In this document: positions 21,733 to 31,283 of the stretch, piece after piece
How the letters are laid out: every line of letters begins with the position of its first letter
Numbering within the stretch: position 1 is the stretch's first letter
Assembly: GCA_965205865.1 (NCBI GenBank)
Contig: CBDBHR010000030.1
Location: 515,031-579,030 of the forward strand
Source: a bacterium
GTDB lineage: Bacteria > SAR324 > NAC60-12
Direction: 5' to 3'
DNA: 64,000 bases
Notes under the pieces: generated by a model
What the model was told of the DNA's origin: nothing
Databases searched by the model: none
Seen by the model: the letters and a program-made list of their open reading frames with translations, nothing else
Translations under genes and position numbers: made by a program

Positions 21733-22839
21733 TTGCCACAGACTTCTGAATTTCATTGTAAAATCAACCCCTATCAAAAAAGAGGAACCCTGAAGGAAGG
21801 TCCCATCAATCTTTACAGCGACACGCAAACCCGGCCCAGCGCGGGGATGCGTCAGGCGATGGCAACTGCGGAAGTCGGGGATGAGCAGCATGGGGGTGAC
21901 CCGACCGTCAACCGGCTCTGCGAGCAAGTCGCGCAGATGCTTGGTAAGGAAGCTGCTGTTTTCCTGCCCTCCGGTACGATGTGCAATGAGATTGCCATAC
22001 TCGTACACTGCCGGCCTGGTGATGAAATATACGCCGACCGTACGGCGCATATCATAAACTCGGAAGCGGGAGGACCCGCAGCGTTTGCCGGCGCCCATCT
22101 GTTTGCGTTGCCCGGGGAAAATGGCATATACGCGGCAGAGATGCTCGAAAGCTCGATTCGCCATGAAAACCGTCACAGTCCCCGACCACGGATGGTGGAA
22201 ATCGAGCAAACTTCAAACCTGGGAGGAGGAACAATCTGGCCTTTGCATGAAATTCGAGCAGTGGCGGAAGTTGCTGATCATCGCAAACTGGCGCTGCACA
22301 TGGATGGGGCGCGACTGTTCAATGCCGTGGTGGAATCAGGGGTGTCCGCCTCCGCATATTCCGTCTTTTTCGACAGTGTCTGGATTGACCTGAGCAAAGG
22401 ATTGGGATGTCCGGTGGGGGCTGTATTGGCGGGAAGCCAGGCCTTCATTGAAGAGGCGTGGCGCTGGAAACAGCGAATGGGGGGAGCCATGCGCCAGGCA
22501 GGGATACTTGCCGCAGCCGGCCTTTATGCCTTGGAACATCACATTGAGCGGCTGGCGGAGGACCATCGAAATGCGCGCCGTTTGGCCGAGATCGTGACAG
22601 AGCGTGAGGGCGTCCGGCTGGCTTGCGAGGTAATAGAAACCAATATCGTCTTTATCGATGTATCCACCAGCGGGGTTTCCGCCGACCTGCTCAGCAAACG
22701 CCTCGAAGACGAGGGAATAAACATTGGATCTTTCAGCGAGACGATGTTGCGGGCCGTCACCCACCTGGACGTGAACCGGGAGCAAGTGGAAACGGCAGGA
22801 GAAGCATTCCTCGCAACCGTCGAAATGCTCTCGAATTGA
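21733..22839 (+). CDS. ltaE: Low-specificity L-threonine aldolase. The true start is possibly a non-ATG codon nearer INLYSDTQTRPS.
   Basis: INLYSDTQTRPS..GDEQHGGDPTVN..FLPSGTMCNEIA matches the LtaE N-terminal region. Conserved PLP-lysine context. Confidence 0.75.
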   Translation: MPQTSEFHCKINPYQKRGTLKEGPINLYSDTQTRPSAGMRQAMATAEVGDEQHGGDPTVNRLCEQVAQMLGKEAAVFLPSGTMCNEIAILVHCRPGDEIYADRTAHIINSEAGGPAAFAGAHLFALPGENGIYAAEMLESSIRHENRHSPRPRMVEIEQTSNLGGGTIWPLHEIRAVAEVADHRKLALHMDGARLFNAVVESGVSASAYSVFFDSVWIDLSKGLGCPVGAVLAGSQAFIEEAWRWKQRMGGAMRQAGILAAAGLYALEHHIERLAEDHRNARRLAEIVTEREGVRLACEVIETNIVFIDVSTSGVSADLLSKRLEDEGINIGSFSETMLRAVTHLDVNREQVETAGEAFLATVEMLSN

Positions 22840-22959
22840 AGTCTTCTCCAGCAAGAATCGCAACAACCGTCCAACCTCCAAGCATTGCCGGTGATCGAAT
22901 TCCCGCCGGTGCGGAATTCTTTGAAACGTTCCGCAGGTCCTCTCTCCGGGTTTTGAGAT

Positions 22960-23370
22960 TCAATGGGCAACTTCTTTGACCATATTGCGATTCCAACCTG
23001 GAATTTCAACCACCACGTCTTCACTGCCATCAGGGATGCACTGGCAAGCCAGGCGGGATTCGGCTGTCAGGCCGGGAGCCAATTCCAGCATATCGTCCTC
23101 ATCCTCACTCGCTTCATTGCAACTTTCGGCTCCTTCTCGCACAATGACGTGGCAGGTAGAGCAAGCGCACACGCCACCACAGGAATGATCGATTTCCAAA
23201 CCATTTTTCGTCGCAATATCCAGGATTGATCCCAATTGCCCTTCGGAAGCTTCCTCGAGTTGGCCGGGGTCGACTTCCACGATTAAATTTTCGGGAAGGA
23301 AACGTATTCTATAGACGTTTTGAGGAAGACGCGCCTCGATTTCTTCAAGATAAGGATTGATGCCGGACAT
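22960..23370 (-). CDS. fdx: [2Fe-2S] ferredoxin (ISC-type Fdx).
   Basis: Cys ligands in CGGVCACSTCHV and LACQC; about 110-aa core of adrenodoxin-type Fdx. Confidence 0.8.
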   Translation of the reverse strand: MSGINPYLEEIEARLPQNVYRIRFLPENLIVEVDPGQLEEASEGQLGSILDIATKNGLEIDHSCGGVCACSTCHVIVREGAESCNEASEDEDDMLELAPGLTAESRLACQCIPDGSEDVVVEIPGWNRNMVKEVAH

Positions 23371-23441
23371 GGAGCGATTCTCTTGGAATTAAAAAAATGA
23401 TTGATTTCTATTTGGGGAAAAAATTCTGCGGTTTTCCCATC

Positions 23442-23762
23442 TCAAAATTGTACGGATTTCCGGATGCGCTCTTCTATCAATTGCGCGAGGCGGTTATAAA
23501 ATTCTTCTTGCTCTGCCCGGGCAATCCATTTTTGCGCTTCTTCCTCCCATTTGAAATGCCAGGCTCGAGCGCCTCCCGCCATCCAAATTTCATGGATGGC
23601 GCGCTGCGTGTTGATCACGAGGGGACTGCTACCATTTTCAAATTGGATCTCTATCTTTCCATCTGTCTTATCATAGTCGACGTCTTCTTCGAATTCTTCC
23701 AGTTTGTCTTCCACGATTCGGAAAAGCTCATCGGCCTTATTGAGGTATTCTGCCATTTCCAT
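23442..23762 (-). CDS. cyaY: Iron-sulfur cluster assembly protein CyaY (frataxin homolog).
   Basis: 106 aa from MEMAEYLNKADELF..; DGKIEIQFENGS..INTQRAIHEIW motifs. The longer ORF to 23906 is unsupported. Confidence 0.75.
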   Translation of the reverse strand: MEMAEYLNKADELFRIVEDKLEEFEEDVDYDKTDGKIEIQFENGSSPLVINTQRAIHEIWMAGGARAWHFKWEEEAQKWIARAEQEEFYNRLAQLIEERIRKSVQF

Positions 23763-23978
23763 GGACGCTCCTTTGTTTACAATTGGCGGGGGTTCAAATA
23801 GTACTTGATTGGTGCTATTTAAAAACAAAAAGCGCCGAATGTCAATAGTCGCCCTTGCGGGAAGCAGTCTTCCAACTGAAAATCTTTGTCCCCGAATGCC
23901 TGTCATTGCCTGTTTTTGTCATTTCCGGCTTGACCGGCATAAAAAATTCACGCGGAGCTGCAAAAATCGAAGATGCTC

Positions 23979-24006
23979 TTGACATTCCCGCATTTTGAAT
24001 TAATTT
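23979..24006 (+). promoter_or_regulatory. Candidate sigma70 promoter upstream of lpxA.
   Basis: TTGACA, 16-nt spacer, TAATTT. Confidence 0.25.
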
Positions 24007-24119
24007 GAGAAAGCGCCCGGCAAGACGCTGCGATGAGCAAGTTCGTACGAAATCGATGCTCTGGCTCTTCGAGATCGGGACATACCGTTATTTTCCAATA
24101 TCCTGGCAATTCAACCATT

Positions 24120-24896
24120 ATGAACAAAATAAACCCCACTGCCATTGTTGAAAAAGGAGCGGAATTGGGGAACGACGTTGAAGTGGGCCCTTATTGTCGC
24201 ATTGGTCCCCAAGTGACTCTCGATGAAGGGTGCTTCTTGCGTTCCCATGTCGTGATTGAGGGAAACACGAGGATTGGCAAGAGAAATTTATTCTTTCAGT
24301 TCTCCACCATCGGTTCCGATCCTCAAGATCTCAAATACGACCAGGAAGACACCCGTCTGACCATTGGAAACGACAACACGTTCCGGGAAGGGGTTTCCGT
24401 TCACAAAGGCACCGAAGCCGGTCCGCGGGAAACGGTGATAGGCGATAACAATCTGCTGATGGGCTATGTCCACGTGGCCCATGATTGTCGAATCGGCAAT
24501 CATAACATCCTCACCAACTACACGGGTCTCAGTGGTCACGTGATTCTGGATAATTACGTGACGCTGGGAGGCCAGAATGGAGTCACCCAATTCGTCAGGA
24601 TTGGGGCCCACAGTTATTTTGGCGCAGGCACGATGATCGACAAGCATATCGCTCCTTACACCACCGGTTACGGTAACCGCGTGCGGGTCAAAGGCGTGAA
24701 CATCGTGGGATTGAAGCGACGGGGATTCTCCCGGGAGGCAATCAATAATATTCTGGACGTGCACCGCTTGTTTTTCCGTTCGGAATTGAATGAAAAAGAT
24801 GCCCTGCGCACAATCGAGGAACAGTATGGGCATTTGGAAGAAATACGGGTATTTATCGATTTTGTCCGCTCCGTGGAAGGGGGAGTGCGAAAATAA
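24120..24896 (+). CDS. lpxA: UDP-N-acetylglucosamine O-acyltransferase.
   Basis: Left-handed beta-helix hexapeptide repeats. N-terminus MNKINPTAIVEKGAELG; ends with LpxA C-terminal helical domain. Confidence 0.85.
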   Translation: MNKINPTAIVEKGAELGNDVEVGPYCRIGPQVTLDEGCFLRSHVVIEGNTRIGKRNLFFQFSTIGSDPQDLKYDQEDTRLTIGNDNTFREGVSVHKGTEAGPRETVIGDNNLLMGYVHVAHDCRIGNHNILTNYTGLSGHVILDNYVTLGGQNGVTQFVRIGAHSYFGAGTMIDKHIAPYTTGYGNRVRVKGVNIVGLKRRGFSREAINNILDVHRLFFRSELNEKDALRTIEEQYGHLEEIRVFIDFVRSVEGGVRK

Positions 24897-24978
24897 CCCC
24901 CCGGCTTGGAAAAATTGAAGGATATGGACCAGTTCCCTGTCCCTGACATGATTCATTTCTCAGGAAAAGAAACTAAAA

Positions 24979-25998
24979 ATGCAAGATCAACTCAATGCCC
25001 TCAAGGAAAAAGGGCTTCAAGAATTGAAACGACTCTCAGAAAGCGAACAACTCCCCCAATGGCACCGTCAGTACCTTTCCAAGAAAGGCGAGCTGACTCG
25101 ATTTTTCAAGATGCTGGCCGGGGTGTCTCCCGGGGAAAGGCCCGTGCTCGGCAAATCGCTCAATCAAGTCAAACAAATTCTCACCGAGCAATTTGAATAT
25201 CACCAGGAGCAATTGCGGGAAGAGAAACTCAACCGCTCCTTAAGCGACGCGATCGACGTCACCCTGCCAGGCCGTCCTTACTCGCGGGGCCATCTGCACA
25301 TCAGCACTCGAACTCTGCGAAGGATCAGTACTATTTTTGGTGAAATGGGATTTCAGATTTATGAATCACCGGAAGTGGAAACGGACGAGTACAATTTTCA
25401 ACTGCTGAACATCCCCCCCTACCATCCTGCCCGGGACATGTGGGACACGTTTTGGATCAATGACCAGGTGGTTTTGCGCACTCACACCTCTCCGGGACAA
25501 ATCCGGGCCATGCGTGAATTTTATCCCGAACCCATTCGCATCATACTGCCAGGCAAAGTATACCGCTATGAACAAATCACCCCGCGTTCCGAACACCAAT
25601 TCTACCAGATTGAAGGACTGGCTATCGGGCACAAAATAAAAATGACCGACTTGATTGGGGTGATGACCGAATTTGCCCGTAAAATGCATGGTTCGGAACG
25701 GAAAATTCGCATCCGGGGCAGCTACTTCCCTTTCACCGAACCGAGCATCGAGATCGACATGGACTGCATTTTATGCGACGGCAAAGGATGCCGGGTTTGT
25801 AAATACACCAATTGGCTGGAAGTGGCCGGAGCCGGAATGGTGCATCCGGTCGTCTTGAAAAATGGGGGCTATGATCCTGAAAAATGGAATGGATTTGCCT
25901 TTGGCCTGGGCTTGGAACGTCCGGTGATGCTGCAGCATGGCATCAACGACATTCGATATTTTTATGGCAACGATCTCAATTTTCTGCAACAATTTTAG
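24979..25998 (+). CDS. pheS: Phenylalanine--tRNA ligase alpha subunit.
   Basis: Class II aaRS motifs (FRxE context, GLGLERPVML). 339 aa. Confidence 0.9.
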   Translation: MQDQLNALKEKGLQELKRLSESEQLPQWHRQYLSKKGELTRFFKMLAGVSPGERPVLGKSLNQVKQILTEQFEYHQEQLREEKLNRSLSDAIDVTLPGRPYSRGHLHISTRTLRRISTIFGEMGFQIYESPEVETDEYNFQLLNIPPYHPARDMWDTFWINDQVVLRTHTSPGQIRAMREFYPEPIRIILPGKVYRYEQITPRSEHQFYQIEGLAIGHKIKMTDLIGVMTEFARKMHGSERKIRIRGSYFPFTEPSIEIDMDCILCDGKGCRVCKYTNWLEVAGAGMVHPVVLKNGGYDPEKWNGFAFGLGLERPVMLQHGINDIRYFYGNDLNFLQQF

Positions 25999-26010
25999 TC
26001 ACTTCCCGCC

Positions 26011-26427
26011 ATGGCGTTGACTGTTCATCTCCATAGCTTCGGCTACCTCTTATCAGGAATCCCCCAAGATCCCGCAGGAAATGGAGGAGGATTCGTTTTC
26101 GACTGCCGTGGTTTGCCCAATCCGGGAAAAGAGGAACAATACCGCTTCTTAAGCGGACTGGAGCGTCCCGTTCAGCAATATTTTCAACAAATTCCTGCCG
26201 TTGCGCAATTTGCCGAAGCCTGCGCGCTCCTCGTCGAACAAACCATGCGCAGCTATCGAACATTGGAATTCACGGACCTGATGGTCTCGTTTGGATGCAC
26301 GGGAGGACAGCACCGCTCCGTCTACCAGGCGGAATGGTTGGGACAGCGACTCGCCGGACAAGATGGCGTGGTGGTGGTCGTCACTCACCAGGAAAAGCCG
26401 CACTGGTTGTCGCCATCTTCATTTTAA
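26011..26427 (+). CDS. Stand-alone RapZ C-terminal-domain protein (RNase adaptor RapZ-like, lacking the N-terminal P-loop domain).
   Basis: FDCRGLPNP and GCTGGQHRSV motifs of the RapZ C-terminal domain; only 138 aa. Confidence 0.55.
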   Translation: MALTVHLHSFGYLLSGIPQDPAGNGGGFVFDCRGLPNPGKEEQYRFLSGLERPVQQYFQQIPAVAQFAEACALLVEQTMRSYRTLEFTDLMVSFGCTGGQHRSVYQAEWLGQRLAGQDGVVVVVTHQEKPHWLSPSSF

Positions 26428-26491
26428 ATTTGATTTTTGAAGAAATTTTTTGTAAAAGGTATGTTTGTCTTTTTTGCAGACTCCTCAACAT

Positions 26492-26578
26492 GCCGAAGTG
26501 GCGGAATTGGTAGACGCGCTAGATTCAGGTTCTAGTGTCCGCGAGGACGTGGGTGTTCGAGTCACCTCTTCGGCACCA
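26492..26578 (+). tRNA. tRNA-Leu (anticodon CAG), long variable arm.
   Basis: GCCGAAGTGGCGGAATTGGTAGAC...CTAGATTCAGGTTCTAG anticodon loop (CAG). Variable arm GTCCGCGAGGACG. T-arm GGGTGTTCGAGTCACC. Ends CGGCACCA. Confidence 0.85.
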
Positions 26579-26607
26579 TTTCCCTCTGCGGACGCTTTTT
26601 TCTTAAC

Positions 26608-26680
26608 GGCCAGATAGCTCAGACGGTAGAGCAGAGGACTGAAAATCCTCGTGTCCCTGGTTCGATTCCTGGTCTGGCCA
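26608..26680 (+). tRNA. tRNA-Phe (anticodon GAA).
   Basis: GGCCAGATAGCTCAGACGGTAGAGCAGAGGACTGAAAATCCTC...GGTTCGATTCCTGGTCTGGCCA. Near-identical architecture to canonical bacterial tRNA-Phe. Confidence 0.85.
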
Positions 26681-26702
26681 CCTTCTCCCTCGAGACGGAT
26701 TC

Positions 26703-28064
26703 TCATGCTGCCTTCTTTTGCGGTTCCGACTGCCGCATTTGCTCCTGGCTATACATGCAAAGACCCAACACGAGCAAGACGGCAATTTGCACTTCTCCAT
26801 CCAGAAAATTATTCTCAAAAATCCCGGCCACTAAAAACCCCAAAATACCTGCGCTTCCTCCCAACAAGAGGCAGGGGTAAAAAGTCCATCTCCGGCTTTT
26901 CCGCAAAGCAGTCCAATTCTGCTGAAAAAGCAGAATCCAAATCAACGAATAGCTGAGCAAACTCATCAAACCTCCACTGACCCAGATCTCCAGGTAAATA
27001 TTATGTACGCCCGACTTCAGCCCCGTCAAAAAACGATAGCCGCTGCGTTGACTGACGAGTTCGCGGTAGCGAGGCATCACCTCCACTCTATTGCGCGCGC
27101 CGATCCCCCACCACGGGTGATCCCGGATGACATGCCATCCTGCTTGCCACAACATCAACCGCTCTTGATTGGCAACCGGCATGAAGGCGCTGCTGAAGCG
27201 TTGCCAGAGCAGTCCTGCATGGGAGTCGGCTCGTTGCGCTTTTCTTCCGGTGAATGTATAGCTGAACAGCATCAATACGACGACCAGGCTGCCTGCCAGT
27301 CCCAAAATGAGAGGAATCCTGCGGCCAAAACGAAAACTCAAAACAAAGCCGGCAAACGCGCTGCCCAGCCAGATACTGCGTGACATGGAGAAAACGACGG
27401 CCGCCAACATGATCAAGACCACCAGGCCATACCATTTTCTCACTCTTGCCGGCAAATCCGGACAAAGAGCAAGGGCCGCCATCAAAGGGGCCATCAGCAG
27501 TAAATATCCTCCATAGGTCAAAGCGTGAGTGAAATTCCCTCGGGCGCGAAAGACAGTCTCTTCGCCAATTTTGTAGGAACCTAATTGCTGGTCGGGAGGA
27601 CGCAGCCAATCCGCTCCGCTGAAAAACTGGATGACGCCATAAAGGGCGATGAGGCATAAAAATACGGAAAAAAAATGAAACCAGCGGGGAAGATTCAGCT
27701 GAGCAAAACTCAAATAGAGCGCGAATGGCAAAAACAATCGCCAGTTTTCCAAAAGAGCGCTTCCGCCCCCGCGCGTATAGGGGGAAAGCAATCCGGAAAT
27801 CCAGACGCAAACGATAAAAAGCAGGATCGCCCGCCACAAACCGGCAGGCGCCTGCCAATAGTGACGGTTCAGCGTCACGTTCAATAAACAGATCAGATAA
27901 AGACCGAGAATGGTCGCTTCGCTACCGGAAATAGAGAAAGTGCTGAACAGCGCAAAGCAATACAGCAGCACACGGTTGCAGGCAGGTGATTTGGCGATGA
28001 TCAGCTGCCGGAAACGAAGTCCTGAGGAAGTATTTATTGGCTGATTCGTATTTTCGCTTTGCAT
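26703..28064 (-). CDS. O-antigen ligase/polymerase family membrane protein (WaaL/Wzy_C-like).
   Basis: 453-aa polytopic membrane protein with the large periplasmic-loop pattern of the O-antigen ligase family. Convergent with tRNA-Phe. Confidence 0.6.
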   Translation of the reverse strand: MQSENTNQPINTSSGLRFRQLIIAKSPACNRVLLYCFALFSTFSISGSEATILGLYLICLLNVTLNRHYWQAPAGLWRAILLFIVCVWISGLLSPYTRGGGSALLENWRLFLPFALYLSFAQLNLPRWFHFFSVFLCLIALYGVIQFFSGADWLRPPDQQLGSYKIGEETVFRARGNFTHALTYGGYLLLMAPLMAALALCPDLPARVRKWYGLVVLIMLAAVVFSMSRSIWLGSAFAGFVLSFRFGRRIPLILGLAGSLVVVLMLFSYTFTGRKAQRADSHAGLLWQRFSSAFMPVANQERLMLWQAGWHVIRDHPWWGIGARNRVEVMPRYRELVSQRSGYRFLTGLKSGVHNIYLEIWVSGGLMSLLSYSLIWILLFQQNWTALRKSRRWTFYPCLLLGGSAGILGFLVAGIFENNFLDGEVQIAVLLVLGLCMYSQEQMRQSEPQKKAA

Positions 28065-28080
28065 CCTTTATTCATTCTTC

Positions 28081-28584
28081 TCAGCGCCATGTGCAATCCT
28101 GTTTAAATCCCTTTGGACATTCCTCCAAGACCTCCCACCGATTTCCATCGTCGGAAGCCGTGTGCAAACACTTCAATAATACGAATTTGGTCTGATTCGC
28201 CGTCTTCCTCGTCCCTTCGGCATAAGCGAAAGGCACGGATATAACAGCAGCCACGGCAGCCCCCAGCAAAGCGCCTTCCGCGGAACTCTTGTCCAGATCG
28301 GGAGCTACGACCGTGCCAAGAACGGCTCCGACCGTGGCGGCTTCCGTAACATTCGTAATGGTTTCCAGTTCCCCCTCCTGAGACGCCGTGTTTTGACGAT
28401 TCGCGGCAGCTTGCCGGCATACCGCCAATGCCTGTGAATAATACGCTTCGTTGCCTTCAAAAACCAAAACGGCAGGCGTATATTGACCTGCGCCCAAGCC
28501 AGTCACGTTGACCGTACCCGACTGCTGAGCGCCACATCCCGTCAGAACGACGGATATGATAACGATCCATAGATAATTTCTCAT
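28081..28584 (-). CDS. Putative lipoprotein (signal peptide with LTGC lipobox).
   Basis: MRNYLWIVIISVVLTGCGAQ. Gly/Ala-rich mature protein with C-terminal Cys pairs. Confidence 0.5.
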   Translation of the reverse strand: MRNYLWIVIISVVLTGCGAQQSGTVNVTGLGAGQYTPAVLVFEGNEAYYSQALAVCRQAAANRQNTASQEGELETITNVTEAATVGAVLGTVVAPDLDKSSAEGALLGAAVAAVISVPFAYAEGTRKTANQTKFVLLKCLHTASDDGNRWEVLEECPKGFKQDCTWR

Positions 28585-28836
28585 GATTTCTCCTTTATTA
28601 TTCGTACGCGAAGATACGTGGATGATTATTACACTATTTACCGGATTGAGAGCATCAATCCATCTTACTACCTCAGGCAAGCAGCGACGGCCCTTATGCC
28701 AGACTGCAGGAAAAGGAATTTCGCAAAAAATGAACTCGACCGCCGGCAGCTTTCAAAGACTATCATGCAACAACAAGCTTGCAAACATGAAAGATTCATC
28801 CCGGTAAATTCGTATTATCGAGAATCCTTCTTTGTT

Positions 28837-28884
28837 TTACCTCGCGCCGGTCGATACCGGCCATATTTCTGAAAGAGCAAACAT
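28837..28884 (-). pseudogene. 15-codon remnant of a wecA-like gene start (MFALSEIWPVSTGAR*).
   Basis: Near-identical to the first 13 codons of the intact wecA-like gene at 54697 (MFALSELWPLSSG). Part of the duplicated block 28851-29060 vs 54667-54860. Confidence 0.5.
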
Positions 28885-28932
28885 TTGCGAACAATTCGTG
28901 GTTCCCGTTTCAAAAGCGCTCCGAGTCCTGAT

Positions 28933-31125
28933 TCAGGACGCGTCTTTCGCTTTTTTTTCGGCACGTTCCTCAATGACTTTTTCCTGCAGGAAAGAAGGCA
29001 TTGCGACGTATTTTTCAAATTCCATCGTAAAGGTGGCTTTTCCGGCACTGATGGAGCGAAGTTCGGTGGCATATCCGAACATTTCCAAGAGAGGCACTCC
29101 CGCACGGACCACCGTGCTTTCTTCGCCGACCTCCGAACCATAAATCACCCCCCGTCTGGAACTCAGATCTCCAATCACCGTCCCCTGGTATTCGGCTGGA
29201 GTTTCCACTTCGACTTTCATGACCGGTTCCAGAAGAATCGGTCGGGATTTGGCGATGGCTTGTTTCATCGCCTCCCGGCAGGCAAGGCGGTAGGCCAGAT
29301 CACTGGAATCGACGTCATGGTATTTGCCATCAATCAGGGTAACCTTGATCCCGGTCACGGGAAACCCCGCCAGCGGGCCTTTTTCCATGACGTCCTGAAA
29401 TCCTTTTTCGCATGAAGGAATATGAGCGCTGGGAATAGAGCCGCCAAAAATATCGTTGATGAATTCAAAACCGTTTTCGTGTTCTGCCGGCAAGGGCTCG
29501 ATAGTGCCACTGACTCCGGCAAACTGACCTGCTCCGCCCGTTTGTTTCTTGTGTAAATGAACAAATTTCGCGGCTTGGGTGATCGCTTCCCGGTAGTTGA
29601 CTCGAGGTGCGCCAACCAAGACGTCGACTTTATATTCACGCTGGATCCGTTCCAGGTATATTTCCAGGTGCAACTCTCCCATCCCTGAAATATGGGTTTC
29701 TCCCGACTCCTTGTCCACCTTGACCTTGAAGGTGGGATCTTCACGCATGAACCGTCCCAGGGCCTTGCTCATCCTGACCTGCGATTCATTGTTTTTGGTA
29801 TCCACCGCCAGTGAAATCACCGGTTCGGAGACGTGCATGGATTCACACGCCAGCTGAATCCCGGAGCCGCAAAATGTATCCCCGGAGGCGCACTCGACGC
29901 CAATCATAGCCACGATATCCCCTGCTTGCGCCTTGTCTATATTCTGCCTGTCATTGGCATGCATGCGTACCATTCGACCCACGCGAATCTTCTTGCCGGT
30001 GCGAATGTTGACGATTTGATCCCCTTTGCGCATGGAACCCTGGTAGATCCTCGTATAGGTCAGTTGCCCGAATTGCTCTTCTGTCAGCTTGAATGCCATT
30101 GCAACCAGCGGTAACTGTGGGTCCGGCAGCAATTCGACGCTTTGATTTTCGTCTGCAGGATTCTTTGCCAAAGCCGGTTCCGCTTCCAGCGGGGAAGGCA
30201 GGTAGTGGCAAACCGCGTCCAAAAGCGGTTGCACCCCCTTGTTGCGGAACGCCGAACCCAAATAGACCGGACAGAGTTGCAACGACTGCACCCCTTTTCT
30301 GACAGCCACGTGGATCGCTTCTGCGGAAACTTCCTTTTCCTCCAGCAAATCCTCCATCAGTTGGTCATCGAACATGGAAACCGCTTCCAGCATCTCCCTG
30401 CGCCTCTCCTCGGCCGCCTCAATCGAGTCGGCAGGAATACCTTCCACGCGCAATTTCTCTCCTCGCGTCCCCTCGAAATAAATGGCCTTCATGCTGACCA
30501 GATCCACCACCCCTCGATGCTCCTCTTCCAGACCAATCGGAATCTGCATGGCGACCGCATTCAATTCCAGGATCTCGCAAAGGTCTTCGACCACTCGTGC
30601 GGGATCCGCCCCCCGGCGGTCCAGTTTGTTGATAAAAGCCAGCCGGGGCACCCGGTAGCGTTTCATCTGACGATCCACCGTGATCGATTGCGACTGTACC
30701 CCGGCAACTCCGCAAAGGACCATGATCGCGCCATCCAACACTCGCAAGGAACGCTCCACTTCAACCGTGAAGTCCACATGCCCCGGGGTGTCGATGATGT
30801 TGATCGTCTCTCCCTTCCAAAAAACGGTGGTGGCGGCGGAAGTAATGGTGATCCCCTTCTCTTTTTCCAAATCCATATGATCCATCGTCGCCCCCGCTCC
30901 CCCGCCATGCACTTCCCCGATCTTGTGAATCTTTCCCGCGTAATACAAAATGCGCTCGCTCAAAGTGGTTTTGCCACTGTCGATGTGGGCTGATATACCG
31001 ATGTTTTTCATACGTCCAATGCTTCTTTGCAGGATATCGTCGCACGACAATTCCCGACTTTCCGACAGGTCACTGCCGTATTTATACGAAGGTTCAGAAA
31101 CGATTACCTCTCCTTGATTTTCCAT
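28933..31125 (-). CDS. fusA: Elongation factor G paralog (EF-G2-like translational GTPase), not in an str operon context. Alternative start at 31011 (MKNIGISAH).
   Basis: G1-G4 GTPase motifs ([21 protein letters not shown]) and EF-G domains II-V. 730 aa. Confidence 0.85.
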   Translation of the reverse strand: MENQGEVIVSEPSYKYGSDLSESRELSCDDILQRSIGRMKNIGISAHIDSGKTTLSERILYYAGKIHKIGEVHGGGAGATMDHMDLEKEKGITITSAATTVFWKGETINIIDTPGHVDFTVEVERSLRVLDGAIMVLCGVAGVQSQSITVDRQMKRYRVPRLAFINKLDRRGADPARVVEDLCEILELNAVAMQIPIGLEEEHRGVVDLVSMKAIYFEGTRGEKLRVEGIPADSIEAAEERRREMLEAVSMFDDQLMEDLLEEKEVSAEAIHVAVRKGVQSLQLCPVYLGSAFRNKGVQPLLDAVCHYLPSPLEAEPALAKNPADENQSVELLPDPQLPLVAMAFKLTEEQFGQLTYTRIYQGSMRKGDQIVNIRTGKKIRVGRMVRMHANDRQNIDKAQAGDIVAMIGVECASGDTFCGSGIQLACESMHVSEPVISLAVDTKNNESQVRMSKALGRFMREDPTFKVKVDKESGETHISGMGELHLEIYLERIQREYKVDVLVGAPRVNYREAITQAAKFVHLHKKQTGGAGQFAGVSGTIEPLPAEHENGFEFINDIFGGSIPSAHIPSCEKGFQDVMEKGPLAGFPVTGIKVTLIDGKYHDVDSSDLAYRLACREAMKQAIAKSRPILLEPVMKVEVETPAEYQGTVIGDLSSRRGVIYGSEVGEESTVVRAGVPLLEMFGYATELRSISAGKATFTMEFEKYVAMPSFLQEKVIEERAEKKAKDAS

Positions 31126-31283
31126 GAATTTCTACTGCTTTCTAATTAGGGTTTGCCCATCTGCGTAATAAAAGTTAAGCTGCATTTTTTATATCATCTA
31201 TCAAAGGATCGCAAGTTTTTTTCATATCATGATGCGCTCCTCATTGCTATCCCTCCGTTGCAGTGAAGCAAGAGGACGCGAAT

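Noticed and set aside
23442-23906. Long form (154 aa) of the cyaY ORF.
   Set aside because: CyaY homology begins at MEMAEYL (23762). The upstream part is intergenic read-through.
24288-24956. Minus-strand 222-aa ORF overlapping lpxA.
   Set aside because: Antisense to LpxA. Hexapeptide-repeat DNA gives long shadow ORFs.
28832-29143. Plus-strand ORF 28832..29143 and similar ORF 54579..54842, which resemble each other.
   Set aside because: Their similarity comes from the duplicated fusA-3'/wecA-5' DNA block. Both are antisense to real or remnant coding sequence, not genes.
30142-30993. Plus-strand 283-aa ORF inside fusA2.
   Set aside because: Antisense to EF-G; no domain signature.
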